From IMG/VR virus record IMGVR_UViG_3300010401_000007, positions 2,694-66,693 of that record: a stretch of DNA of 64,000 bases; one strand, given 5' to 3'. A model generated the notes under the pieces. That model was not told the DNA's origin. It ran no database searches and was given only the letters and a program-made list of their open reading frames with translations. Positions within the stretch are counted from its first letter, which is position 1, and each line of letters opens with the position of its first letter. The position numbers and the translations under genes are program-made. The stretch comes from a virus. Positions 1-9,425 of the stretch are shown here, piece after piece.

Positions 1-1600
1 GGTCACTGAGTCGAGCGATATTAGGGAATCGGTCCCGTACTCTCTGGTATGCACCCCTCACACGGTATGTCGAGTCAGCCGTCTCCTCTTGGGCACCGTA
101 TATAATGGCAAAGTTCCCATTCTTGACCCACTGGTAGTAGGTAGCTTCATAGAGATCCTTACAGTTCTTACCGTGCTTATGGAACAACTCTGGGTAGAGA
201 GCATCGAATACGACTAGGTGGTATGACCCGTAGTACGGTCCCTGATCGGGATGATTGAATACCTCGACTAGTTCAGGTTCGGGGGCAAAGAATGAGGGTA
301 TACGGAGTTCTAGATTCTTACCGTCGAGTGACCAGAACTCTCGATCAGGACCAGGACGGAATAGGGACTTGACCGATTCCCCACCGTCACCTTTCTTCTT
401 GATGTTCTGGAGGTTGGGGTTACGGCATGAGCAACGTAACGTGGTCGTTCCCGTCGGGTTAATGTTAGGGTGGAGTCTGTGTACACACCCTTCTTCATGC
501 CAGAACCGGTTATAGGTCGAGATATCCCCGATCATCTTGGCCGCATGACGCTTCTTCAGTAGTGAGTTAACGAACATCAACGGCTTACCAGTGCATGACC
601 TGCTATACCTGTCTAGAGCATCCTTATCGAGTGAGGGGACGTCCGTTTTAGCTTTCTTCCCCGGTCGTCCCTCTAACCCCATCTTGTCGAATACCAGTTC
701 CTTGAGAGATTGATTAACCGATGAACCTGCGGGCATGACTAGATCATGGTTGTAGCTCTTGGCTATGTTGATACAGACCTTTGTACACCTATCCTCTTCC
801 TCAGAGAATTCCTCTAGCACCCTACTAACCTCTGAAGAAGAGAGGGTGAGTCCATCTCTCTCCATCCGATATAGGATAGGTAGGATCTTGAGACGTTCGT
901 AGTATACCGCCTCAAGTCCCCTACGCTGGATCTCACCCCATAGAGCCCCCCACAGTTGGAGGGTGTAGTAAGAGTCAGCATTGGCGTAATCAGAGAGGAG
1001 TGTGTAATACTCATGAGGGTACTCCTTATCGGGGTTGAAATCCTCTCTCTCTTGGGTCTCCCAGTGATGGTACGCTAACGCTCGAAGTAACCACCCGTCC
1101 GCTTTCCAGTCTTCTTCCCCAGCAGACGGCATCTCAGGTAGTCCCTTCTTCGCTATCCTCCACTTGGGTAGATGACGACGACAGTAGTCTCTAGCGGACT
1201 TACATGCCTTCTCTAACTTGTCCTCGTATGGGGAGATATCTACCCCGAGGTATAGCATCACCTGATCGGTTAGGTTCAAGGGCGATCCTGAGTTGACCAA
1301 GTGACCGGCTAGGAGTGTGTCTCTGAGAGAAAGCCAAGGGAATGACTCTAGGTTAGTCACTCCGATCGACTCTAGACAGAGTACATCAAATCTCGCATTG
1401 TGTCCGACCCTAGTTACTTCATTATTGATTAGTCCCTTGAGGAAATCGATATCCTCGTCTGGGATGATCGGCTGTCGATCGATCGGGTTCACTCCCCATT
1501 CAAGGAACTTGGTTCCCGACTCGTCTGTGTACGTCACGTAATACGGCTTGCACCCGTGCCGGAGATCGACCCCCGTAGTTTCGCAATCCCATGAGAACAT
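1..1600 (-). CDS. Family A DNA polymerase (runs off the window start; absent from the ORF track)
   Basis: Manual translation from ATG at 1600: exonuclease motifs WDCETTG and GHNARFD, then NPNLQNI, motif A SLDGKNLELRI and motif B YQWVKNGNFAIIYG; the segments I translated are in one frame that is open at position 1. Confidence 0.92.
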   Translation of the reverse strand, partial: MFSWDCETTGVDLRHGCKPYYVTYTDESGTKFLEWGVNPIDRQPIIPDEDIDFLKGLINNEVTRVGHNARFDVLCLESIGVTNLESFPWLSLRDTLLAGHLVNSGSPLNLTDQVMLYLGVDISPYEDKLEKACKSARDYCRRHLPKWRIAKKGLPEMPSAGEEDWKADGWLLRALAYHHWETQEREDFNPDKEYPHEYYTLLSDYANADSYYTLQLWGALWGEIQRRGLEAVYYERLKILPILYRMERDGLTLSSSEVSRVLEEFSEEEDRCTKVCINIAKSYNHDLVMPAGSSVNQSLKELVFDKMGLEGRPGKKAKTDVPSLDKDALDRYSRSCTGKPLMFVNSLLKKRHAAKMIGDISTYNRFWHEEGCVHRLHPNINPTGTTTLRCSCRNPNLQNIKKKGDGGESVKSLFRPGPDREFWSLDGKNLELRIPSFFAPEPELVEVFNHPDQGPYYGSYHLVVFDALYPELFHKHGKNCKDLYEATYYQWVKNGNFAIIYGAQEETADSTYRVRGAYQRVRDRFPNIARLSD

Positions 1601-1627
1601 AGGTTATCCTATACATAAGACTATAGT

Positions 1628-1775
1628 TGACTAGAGACTCTAACCCGACTTGAACGGGTAGTAGGCCGCCCGATACCGTAAGCCATGCGAAGACCGGTAT
1701 CAGTCCTAGTAGAGCCGTATCCCGTTTTCCACACCCTACGGGATCAGAGGGTTGTGGGCAGAATAGTCCTAGTCA
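1628..1775 (-). ncRNA. Structured RNA containing a tRNA-like acceptor/T-arm module (1635-1716) without a D arm
   Basis: Minus strand: GGCTCTA pairs with TAGAGTC; T-arm ACCCG-TTCAAGT-CGGGT; inner GATACCG/CGGTATC stem; upstream ATCCCGT/ACGGGAT hairpin; closing TGACTAG/CTAGTCA. Confidence 0.6.
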
Positions 1776-1833
1776 GTGAGTGGGTACGGAGGTTATACCC
1801 AGATGTCTAGTTCTACCTGCGTGGTTCACAATC

Positions 1834-3012
1834 TCAGTACGGAACCTGTTGGATCTTCTCCAAACTCACCGGTCCCATAGGCTTTTTGGTCTGCGGGTTG
1901 TCCAGCACCTTACCGGTCGCGATGTCCTTCAGAACTACGGTATTGTCCTTAGGATCATACTTGATGATCTCGCATTCCACCGACTTATCGACCTTCTTGG
2001 TACGACCGTTCCACACCTGGGTATAGCACGGAGTACCCTCTACCTCATACCACTCGTGGGACGGTTCCTCGTGACTGCCGTCGTCAGCCGTAGTCGGGTT
2101 CTTGATCTCGTCTGCAATCGCTTGGAATGATGGTGCGGCATCGAAATCGTCCTTCCCCTTACCCGTCACAGAGAAGTAGATTGCCTCTAACTTATCCTGT
2201 GCGAGATAGGCGGTGTCTCCCCCAGCATCGATCAGCTTCACTAACTCGTCAGGATCATCCGGTAACTCAGGTTCCTTCGGCTTAGGAGAACTCTTCGCAG
2301 TACCGTTCGTAGATGGCTTCTTGGTAGCTACCGGTGCCGGTTCTGGAGTCGGTTCGGGCGTCTCCTCTACCTGTTGTTCTTCACCCCCTTGATCGTCCAT
2401 ACCCGCCGACTGTACCTCTGACATCAGTTGCTCTACCACATCATCACTAGCGGCTTCGTACCAGTTCTCCCATACACCCTCTTCACCCTTCGTACCGTCG
2501 GGTTTAGGTAGTGCCTTACGAACCGATGTCGAGAAATAGAACTTGGGTTTAGCTTGAGAGAGTAACTGACATGCTCGGTTAAGTTCCTCGGCACCGTTGT
2601 CTACCGAGTCATCGATAATCTCGTCTCCACCTAGAATCCTCATCCGATTCATGATGAGGGCGGTGTTGTGGTCCCGAGTGAGTACGTTACCCTTACTATC
2701 CTTACCCTCATCCAGAAGCATCCTGATACGGGTGTGGAGTCCTCGACACTTCTTGACTCCCTCAGGAGTAGCGATCGTCTCCGGGGTGAGACAGGATGCG
2801 ACTGCGTAGAAATGCCACTTACCTGCGTTACCCCCAGTCTTGTACTTGTCGAAATAGCACTCTGTCAGTTGTGCGATACCTCGATCGATACCGGCCGGAA
2901 TCTGGCCACCTGTCGGAAGTACCGTTTCGTCTCGTGCATGGTCCTTCACCGTCTTATTGAGTGAGGAACCCATCGCCTTAACGAAGTCCGGTCGAGCTTG
3001 TTGCGGGGGCAT
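1834..3012 (-). CDS. Putative single-stranded DNA-binding protein with Pro/Glu-rich linker
   Basis: Follows the Sak4-like ATPase and nuclease; OB-like N-terminus and acidic linker; start moved to MPPQQ (3012). Confidence 0.5.
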   Translation of the reverse strand: MPPQQARPDFVKAMGSSLNKTVKDHARDETVLPTGGQIPAGIDRGIAQLTECYFDKYKTGGNAGKWHFYAVASCLTPETIATPEGVKKCRGLHTRIRMLLDEGKDSKGNVLTRDHNTALIMNRMRILGGDEIIDDSVDNGAEELNRACQLLSQAKPKFYFSTSVRKALPKPDGTKGEEGVWENWYEAASDDVVEQLMSEVQSAGMDDQGGEEQQVEETPEPTPEPAPVATKKPSTNGTAKSSPKPKEPELPDDPDELVKLIDAGGDTAYLAQDKLEAIYFSVTGKGKDDFDAAPSFQAIADEIKNPTTADDGSHEEPSHEWYEVEGTPCYTQVWNGRTKKVDKSVECEIIKYDPKDNTVVLKDIATGKVLDNPQTKKPMGPVSLEKIQQVPY

Positions 3013-3051
3013 GTTACGTGACCTTTCTCTGAGAAAGAGGAGTGACACAGA

Positions 3052-3375
3052 CTATCGAACTCGCATCATCGGACTGTAACTCATCTTTGGAATCCCGTCT
3101 CCACCACACCAGTACCGACAACTACACCGAGGATTCCGTTGTAGTGCCGGTCGTGAGATCGAGTGATCGGGTTGATACTGTCCCCGTACCGACACGAAGG
3201 GATCGTAATACACTGGCGGATGGGTCTCACGAGTGACTGGTGAGGATTTACCCTCGATACTCTCCCTAATCTCCCGTTGCTCTCGCTTCATCTTCCGGAT
3301 TCGAGATTGCTTACCCATCCTCCATACCCTCCATATCTGGGTGGAATAGTAGAGCATTGATATCACCAAACACAT
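3052..3375 (-). CDS. Hypothetical protein (likely start MGKQ)
   Basis: ORF within the operon, basic. Confidence 0.4.
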   Translation of the reverse strand: MCLVISMLYYSTQIWRVWRMGKQSRIRKMKREQREIRESIEGKSSPVTRETHPPVYYDPFVSVRGQYQPDHSISRPALQRNPRCSCRYWCGGDGIPKMSYSPMMRVR

Positions 3376-3541
3376 CGCCTACCGTAGCGTCCTCAATGAC
3401 GATCGTCTCCTTACGATTTCCTGGTTCGGGGAATCCAGCCACCCCACCTTTCTTACGGAGGATGATACGGATCTCTACGATACCCTCATCGTCCCTTCTC
3501 TTGTCGATGCTACTCTCCTGTCTCTTCTTGTACTTGCTCAT
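3311..3541 (-). CDS. Hypothetical protein
   Basis: ORF overlaps the stop of the upstream ATPase. Confidence 0.55.
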   Translation of the reverse strand: MSKYKKRQESSIDKRRDDEGIVEIRIILRKKGGVAGFPEPGNRKETIVIEDATVGDVFGDINALLFHPDMEGMEDG

Positions 3542-4509
3542 GGGTTATCCTCTATAACATACTCTCCCTTAAACACAGATATCATCTTATCGTACATCTC
3601 TTGAGGAGTCTGACAGTCAATGTACTCAGGAACCGTATCGGGATCAGAACTACGAATACCGGCTATGTAATTGGGATGTAGTTTGACCCTGAGTCTACGT
3701 AGTGTCCTCCCCGTCTCCTTTTCTTCTGTGACTGTTTGTGGGATGTTATTCACCTTCTTCGTTGTCGTGATCGATTTCACCTCCTTCTCAATCGATAACC
3801 GGCAGATATAGTCACATACGTCACTCAGCCATAATGCGGTGGCACCCCCTAGGTCCGGTCCCATCATAGACTCTACCCACTGACTCCTTACCACGGCCGG
3901 TCTTCGGTCTGATTTATCGCGGTTATGGTCCTTCTCTTTGACAAGTACCACTGTATTATGTGACCCGTTAAGATACGGTCTCATAACCTCTCTGGCCTTC
4001 TCACTTCTCCCCCGATACTGCTCCTCACTAATCAGACCGAACGATAGGATCTCTGGGATACTCTGAACCCCTAGAGACTCTTTCAGAGCAATATCCTGTA
4101 GACTAGTCGCACTATCCAGTACGACCGTCTTATAGGGGTGCTGTCGGCTATTCAATTCGTCAGCTAGATCTACAGCTTTCTTGATACTATCGACTCGGAG
4201 ATACTTAACCCCTGGTATCTTCGTAACCGACTTTGCACCACCCGTTCTGTTAGGTTCCATCGCCACCAGTAGAAGAGGTTTAGGGAATAGACACGCTAGG
4301 GTTGTCTTCCCACAACGATTTACCCCGTAAAGGCATACCCTTAGAGGATCATCCTCTAGTTCTGATACATCGATAGCTTGATCGAGGATACTACTCGTCT
4401 CTCTTCTCTGAGGAAGAGGACGACTGTTCTGGACTTGGTTGATTCGGGGCATTAGGTACGTCCTCTCTTGGGTCCCAGTCACAGTTACAGCAACTAGGTA
4501 CATGTCCAC
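3538..4509 (-). CDS. Sak4-like/AAA_24 P-loop ATPase (recombination); true start probably MPRINQ
   Basis: Walker A LYGVNRCGKTT, Walker B VVLDSATSL; sits between nuclease and SSB-like gene. Confidence 0.8.
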   Translation of the reverse strand: MDMYLVAVTVTGTQERTYLMPRINQVQNSRPLPQRRETSSILDQAIDVSELEDDPLRVCLYGVNRCGKTTLACLFPKPLLLVAMEPNRTGGAKSVTKIPGVKYLRVDSIKKAVDLADELNSRQHPYKTVVLDSATSLQDIALKESLGVQSIPEILSFGLISEEQYRGRSEKAREVMRPYLNGSHNTVVLVKEKDHNRDKSDRRPAVVRSQWVESMMGPDLGGATALWLSDVCDYICRLSIEKEVKSITTTKKVNNIPQTVTEEKETGRTLRRLRVKLHPNYIAGIRSSDPDTVPEYIDCQTPQEMYDKMISVFKGEYVIEDNP

Positions 4510-4588
4510 ACTGAGTACACCAGATGGGTCCTGGTGGTCCTTCTTCTTTACAGTTATACTTACACTCTCTACGAGGCATCTTTACCCC

Positions 4589-5710
4589 CTATTGGAGTTC
4601 ATTGAACAAGCTATCCACTCTTCGCATACCCAACATCCCCCCGTGTACTAACATCTCGTTATAGTCAGTCGGTAGGTCCATCCCGAACACACCAAACGGG
4701 GTTCGGTAGTGCCAGGTTCCAGGGGTGATATCTCTCTTAACTGTCACCATATTATACCAATCACAGATCTCTTCTAATAGCGGGTCTAAACAAGTAGTCT
4801 TGAACCGAGTAATATCCTTCTCCGTCACTTCCACCATCCACCGCATGAAGTAGTGTTCCGGTTCATCTTTCATGTACTGTCCGAGTCGGCTGTAGTACGA
4901 CTCCCATGACTCCTCTGGGTGATTCTTGGTCGCCTTATGTCGGACGATAGTACCCTTTCCGCCTGATAAGGGCCGGCGGATACAGTTGTACCTGACACCA
5001 CCGATCGACTTATCTCTCCACCTCTTATTAGACCGATTCCAGAAGTCGCTATCCTGTTTCTCTGAGAGAGAGATGATATATAACATCGTCTGGAGATCAA
5101 ATGTCAGTTGCCGCTTAATCTCCTCAGCGTCGATATCCCCCTTCGTCTTGTTCTCGTACAACCACACCCTACCATCGATCAGATCCACCCCATCCCATTT
5201 ACCCCTCAGTCTCACTACCCGACCGCTGGGTAACTTATAGGGCACATCGAATACCTGTTCCCGTAAGAGGGGTTCTATAGCGACCTGCTCAGTGTTCTTC
5301 CTCCAGTAGTCCAAGTAGATGGGGAACTGAGTCCTACAGACATTCGACCAGTGGTTAATCTGGTCCGTGTCGTAGGGGTACTGTTCGTATAGCTTTTTAA
5401 TATAATCCTCCATGTGTCCGCCGATCTTCATATCTCCCACGAATCCACTACGATTGATATTCCACTCCATTTCCTCTTCACATGCATGCCACATCTCCCC
5501 GTAGGAGAGTCTATGGGAGAATCGATCAGACGGCTTGATCCCCTCGATATTGGCTAGTCGAAACCTCTCTCGGCATCGGAGGAACGATTGAATCATCGAC
5601 TGTGTAATACCACCTAGTGGTCCCTCACCTTCTGGACCCTTCCATAGCGGACCACGGGGCTTGAGATTCAGCTTCATGTTAGTTGGTAGGGGCATTCTTA
5701 TCCTCCACAA
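4589..5710 (-). CDS. PD-(D/E)XK exonuclease (Cas4/RecB-like phage recombination nuclease)
   Basis: SMIQSFLRCRERF N-terminal motif; EQVF..GKWDGV..YENKT; QTMLY. Confidence 0.85.
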   Translation of the reverse strand: MWRIRMPLPTNMKLNLKPRGPLWKGPEGEGPLGGITQSMIQSFLRCRERFRLANIEGIKPSDRFSHRLSYGEMWHACEEEMEWNINRSGFVGDMKIGGHMEDYIKKLYEQYPYDTDQINHWSNVCRTQFPIYLDYWRKNTEQVAIEPLLREQVFDVPYKLPSGRVVRLRGKWDGVDLIDGRVWLYENKTKGDIDAEEIKRQLTFDLQTMLYIISLSEKQDSDFWNRSNKRWRDKSIGGVRYNCIRRPLSGGKGTIVRHKATKNHPEESWESYYSRLGQYMKDEPEHYFMRWMVEVTEKDITRFKTTCLDPLLEEICDWYNMVTVKRDITPGTWHYRTPFGVFGMDLPTDYNEMLVHGGMLGMRRVDSLFNELQ

Positions 5711-5848
5711 TAAAGGGTTCGGGATCGTCTTGAGATTGCTGCTTATATACCTCTATCATCCGTTTAAGAACGTCATCTATCTCGGGGCTATATATAAGTT
5801 TCACTCTTCCCGTCGTTACCGTTTGGGTGGATATCTTATCTGACATAC

Positions 5849-6274
5849 CTACCTCTGTGTCTGGGGTGTAATACGAACTGGTTGTGGGGTATCCTGTTCC
5901 GAGTAGTATTTAACCTGACTCGGGAACCATTCTGGATTGAGACAGATACCGTCTGAGGTGTTGAGTGACAGTACGTCGTCAGTACCGACCGGCATCCACC
6001 CCCTCCCTCGGTGTACCCTGATCCTCATCACATGAGATCCTAACTGCTTCTGCTCAGCCCTGATCAAGTCACATGCTAGGGCACACCCTAGTAGGTCACC
6101 CGACAACTCGACTAGATGGACTGGGAGTGTGACACCCCGTACCGTCTCTTCGATCGTGATAGGGGATAGCGGGGTCTTGACCCTACCCCCTAAGTATCGA
6201 GAGAGAGTACCTGTCGATAGTCCGTTCAGGTCGATCAGAGTGATTGCGACTCGCTCAGTTGGTTTCGGCATCAC
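5849..6274 (-). CDS. Hypothetical protein
   Basis: ORF coupled to the upstream gene. Confidence 0.55.
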   Translation of the reverse strand: MMPKPTERVAITLIDLNGLSTGTLSRYLGGRVKTPLSPITIEETVRGVTLPVHLVELSGDLLGCALACDLIRAEQKQLGSHVMRIRVHRGRGWMPVGTDDVLSLNTSDGICLNPEWFPSQVKYYSEQDTPQPVRITPQTQR

Positions 6275-6546
6275 ATATACCCCATCTTACCGGCGATGTA
6301 GGTTACAAAGTCTGGGTGATCACTCTCTCTTCTTGCTTCTACTATCTTTCCCTCTGGTACAGATTGCATGTTATCCTCCATACATCTCTGTATTATCTCT
6401 ACCGCCTGTCTAGGGTCGTTAATCTTTTTGACTAGACACTCCCAAGGACACACTCCGTCGTCATCTCTCCCGCAGATTACTAACTCTACGTATGCCACTG
6501 CATGGGTAATGTTCGGCCAACTATTTAGTAGTTCTTGTGCTGTCAT
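6271..6546 (-). CDS. Hypothetical protein
   Basis: ORF within the operon. Confidence 0.55.
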   Translation of the reverse strand: MTAQELLNSWPNITHAVAYVELVICGRDDDGVCPWECLVKKINDPRQAVEIIQRCMEDNMQSVPEGKIVEARRESDHPDFVTYIAGKMGYM

Positions 6547-7111
6547 TGACCTTACTCCATGCTTGAGCGATGGTGACGATACACTTCTTAGTCATGAGAC
6601 CCTGTGCGGCTTGGGGCGAACGAATCACTGCCGCAGGGTGAGTAATCGTGATGATAGGGACATCAGGTAGTTTGGGAGAGTCCTTATACCCCTTCTGAGT
6701 CCACTTATCAGCTAGTGACCCAACCGTCACGATCAGTCGAGGGTTAGCGATCCTCACGAACTCCTCTAGTCGAGGGCGACACTGCTTGATCTGGTCGGGG
6801 TCGGGTTCGTCCTTCTGGTTGTTCTCGTTCAGAGGAAGACATCCCACCAGATTCGTGATGGCGTACTTCACCTCTGGGGGTAGCGACCTCTTGATGATCG
6901 AGTCGAGTAGGTGTCCGGCCGGTCCTTGAAATGGGAGTCCGATCACGTCTTCTGACGATCCAGGGGCTTCACCGATGAAGACTACCTCTGCTGGAGTCGT
7001 GCCCCTCCCTAGCACCACCTTGGTCACTCGGCTACAGAGTTCATGACCGCACCCATTACCCCACTTCTGACAGTGCTGTACCCAAGGACTGAGAGTACGG
7101 AGAGGAGTCAC
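6521..7111 (-). CDS. Uracil-DNA glycosylase family 4
   Basis: FIGEAPGSSED, PFQGPAG, TNLVGCLP, THPAA; Fe-S cysteines. Confidence 0.92.
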   Translation of the reverse strand: MTPLRTLSPWVQHCQKWGNGCGHELCSRVTKVVLGRGTTPAEVVFIGEAPGSSEDVIGLPFQGPAGHLLDSIIKRSLPPEVKYAITNLVGCLPLNENNQKDEPDPDQIKQCRPRLEEFVRIANPRLIVTVGSLADKWTQKGYKDSPKLPDVPIITITHPAAVIRSPQAAQGLMTKKCIVTIAQAWSKVNDSTRTTK

Positions 7112-7569
7112 GATACCGCCTCCTTCTTCTCTGAGAGAGAGATGATACTAGCCGGTCTGATCTTCTCCCAGTACCGAACCCCCATATCGGATAGAGTGTA
7201 CTTACCATCTCCCGTTCGTTTGAAGTACCTACTACTATTCACATAGGTACACATCGATCCGTAAACTGATCCGTAGTTGTATCCAGTAATCCTAGCTAGG
7301 TCATTTGCACTAGTTGGACCATGTTCACCCAAGTAGCAGACCATAGAGTTAACCTTCTCTATAGATGTCTGCTTCTCGGTTATCCTAGATACATCAGGTA
7401 CTCTCTTACTGGGAGCTACGGACAATCGACTGACGGTCAAGTCCTCGCTACTCCGTACACTACTCTGTAAAAGTACCCTCCTCGCCCTCTTCAGTGTCCG
7501 TAGCTCATCCCTTAACACCTCGATCTGAGCATCCAAGACTGCCACACTGTAGTTAAGTCGATCGGACAT
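7108..7569 (-). CDS. Coiled-coil plus winged-helix DNA-binding protein
   Basis: YLGEHGPTSANDLARITG...YFKRTGDGKYTL wHTH-like pattern. Confidence 0.6.
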   Translation of the reverse strand: MSDRLNYSVAVLDAQIEVLRDELRTLKRARRVLLQSSVRSSEDLTVSRLSVAPSKRVPDVSRITEKQTSIEKVNSMVCYLGEHGPTSANDLARITGYNYGSVYGSMCTYVNSSRYFKRTGDGKYTLSDMGVRYWEKIRPASIISLSEKKEAVS

Positions 7570-7982
7570 GAGCGTGACTCCTTAGCGATCTGTCGTGATC
7601 TCTCCCTAATCACATCTGCAGAGTAGTAGCATTTGTAACTACAATATCTCCTATCTCTAACTGACCGTGTCTTCTTATAGGTGAAGTTATTATGGCATGT
7701 AGGACATTTAACTGTAGTGTCCTCGGTCGAGATATCCTTTCGATAGCACTTTCTGGAACAGTATATTTGCTGATCGGTGTAACACCTTTTTACCGAACCA
7801 CACCTCTTACATAGGATCTTAAATCTCTTAGTATCATAGACCGATACGGAGAATGACTGATCTACTACGCTAACCGAGTGAGGCATCCGATCGACCATCC
7901 GACCACGTTTCTCGTAGATAATCTCCTCGATCTCGGGGTCACCTACTGCGTACTCCCACTCAGGATCGAATTCAGGAGGCAT
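7512..7982 (-). CDS. Zinc-finger protein
   Basis: Two CxxC...YCSxxC (TRASH-like) units. Confidence 0.6.
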   Translation of the reverse strand: MPPEFDPEWEYAVGDPEIEEIIYEKRGRMVDRMPHSVSVVDQSFSVSVYDTKRFKILCKRCGSVKRCYTDQQIYCSRKCYRKDISTEDTTVKCPTCHNNFTYKKTRSVRDRRYCSYKCYYSADVIRERSRQIAKESRSCPIDLTTVWQSWMLRSRC

Positions 7983-7992
7983 AGGGTCCGTC

Positions 7993-8202
7993 CTATTTAG
8001 GATTGGCTGACTTGGCTAGAGACTCTAGTTGGGACAGATGAATTAGTAGGTCTGTCTCGCACTGTAATAAGTCTTCCTCTATCTGTTTCCAATCGGCAGG
8101 GTCTCCCCCACCCTTCCAAGAATCTCTATCGAATGCGGTTACGTAGTTTCTGAGTAGTCTCATAGTCTTCCTAGAAACCTTCGGCAGTTTCTTCCTACCC
8201 AT
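7993..8202 (-). CDS. Hypothetical protein
   Basis: Start moved to MGRKK, which overlaps the RuvC stop region. Confidence 0.5.
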   Translation of the reverse strand: MGRKKLPKVSRKTMRLLRNYVTAFDRDSWKGGGDPADWKQIEEDLLQCETDLLIHLSQLESLAKSANPK

Positions 8203-8734
8203 GTTGTTTCTCTGAGAAAGAGGTAGATACCGAGGACTGATAGAGTCTCTGGGCGTAGAGAGCGAGTAATGCGGCATCGGCACACTGTCTGCTGATCTTG
8301 GTATCAGGAATCAGTCGTCTCGCCCATGAGTGGAGTTCCCTCTTACGTTGGTCGTACTCCAGTCCGGGGGGAATATTGATACCTAGGGACTTCTGCCAAG
8401 TTATAGGAGCTACTGATTGAGATGTTCTATCTGAGAATCCTAATGACACTAGACACATCTGACACCAACCGTAATTGATACCTAATTCAAACATACTTGA
8501 TCCTGGTTGTCCTCCATGTTTTCTATCCCCCCCGCTCTTAGTCTTACCCTTTGGGATGTATCCAGTTACTTTCTCGATCACGGCACGTACTGGGTACTTA
8601 GAGTCCCAACCATACTTTAATCGGGTGTATAGATCCTCTGCTGTAGGGGGCATATCTATCAGAGTTAGACTCTCTCCGGATAGTATTGCTATACCCCCAT
8701 TCACCCCCGGATCGATCCCGATGAACGTACTCAT
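8195..8734 (-). CDS. RuvC-like Holliday junction resolvase
   Basis: FIGIDPGVNGGIA, VIEKV, SMFELG, PITWQK, ADAALLA. Confidence 0.88.
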   Translation of the reverse strand: MSTFIGIDPGVNGGIAILSGESLTLIDMPPTAEDLYTRLKYGWDSKYPVRAVIEKVTGYIPKGKTKSGGDRKHGGQPGSSMFELGINYGWCQMCLVSLGFSDRTSQSVAPITWQKSLGINIPPGLEYDQRKRELHSWARRLIPDTKISRQCADAALLALYAQRLYQSSVSTSFSEKQHG

Positions 8735-8961
8735 TTGCCCCCCACTACTGTGATTGTGACTTGATCGGGCTGGACCGACACCCTTACCACTAACCCCATT
8801 CGAGTAGCTGCCTTCTTAGCACTCGACCACATACCATGACTCTGACAGTGGTAATCCAGTCCTCTGATCAGGGTGAATGTACCCCCACTGAACCACTCTC
8901 GCCAGGGATATCTCACCCCCCTAGGGAGTCTCGGCCCTTCCTTTCTACGGGTAGTCGGCAT
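8731..8961 (-). CDS. Small basic protein, first gene of the leftward replication operon; possibly DNA-binding
   Basis: RYPWREWF motif; GAGGAG SD upstream. Confidence 0.6.
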   Translation of the reverse strand: MPTTRRKEGPRLPRGVRYPWREWFSGGTFTLIRGLDYHCQSHGMWSSAKKAATRMGLVVRVSVQPDQVTITVVGGK

Positions 8962-9010
8962 AGTCTCCTCATTTCTCTGCTCCCAGTTGACTATCCACTC
9001 GACGGGTCAG

Positions 9011-9040
9011 ACTCTACCTCCTCTTCCACCCCCGTTTCAA
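9011..9040 (-). promoter_or_regulatory. Sigma70-like leftward promoter
   Basis: TTGAAA-N18-TAGAGT on the minus strand upstream of 8961. Confidence 0.45.
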
Positions 9041-9127
9041 GTCCTTCTCAGGAATTCCTAGAAATTATTTCCCGCCCCAATTCCCCATGATTCCTAGCGA
9101 TTCGGTGGCAGACTACTCCCGAGTTGG

Positions 9128-9177
9128 GGAAATTTCTGCCGACTGGGGTTGCAAGAGTGGATAGTCCAGTCTAGTAT
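9128..9177 (+). promoter_or_regulatory. Sigma70-like rightward early promoter
   Basis: GGAAATTTCT-N7-GGGG-TTGCAA-N17-TAGTAT; same layout at 59790. Confidence 0.6.
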
Positions 9178-9218
9178 TACGGTAGAGGTGAAACGAGAAC
9201 CCGAACCGGAGACGAGAG

Positions 9219-9425
9219 ATGACCCGCTACAGCGAAGACACAGGGTTTATCACAATCAGTCTGGGGCAGTACAACAAGCTGATGGAACTGAATCGGGATT
9301 GGATGAACTCTGTATGGGTGATCTTCCCGAAGCAGTTCCTAGGTAATCGAATCACGGTATCGGGTATCGGCGGTAGTGGACTGGCTACCCGACTTAACTA
9401 TATCCGAGAAACCTACGGCATGTAG
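9219..9425 (+). CDS. Hypothetical early protein
   Basis: First ORF after the promoter. Confidence 0.55.
   Translation: MTRYSEDTGFITISLGQYNKLMELNRDWMNSVWVIFPKQFLGNRITVSGIGGSGLATRLNYIRETYGM

Noticed and set aside
1635-1716. Functional tRNA-Ala(CGC)
   Set aside because: No D arm, wobble at 2:71 rather than 3:70, and an over-long anticodon arm; kept only as tRNA-like
4589-5710. Cas4 as part of a CRISPR system
   Set aside because: No array or other cas genes; the context is the Sak4/SSB recombination module
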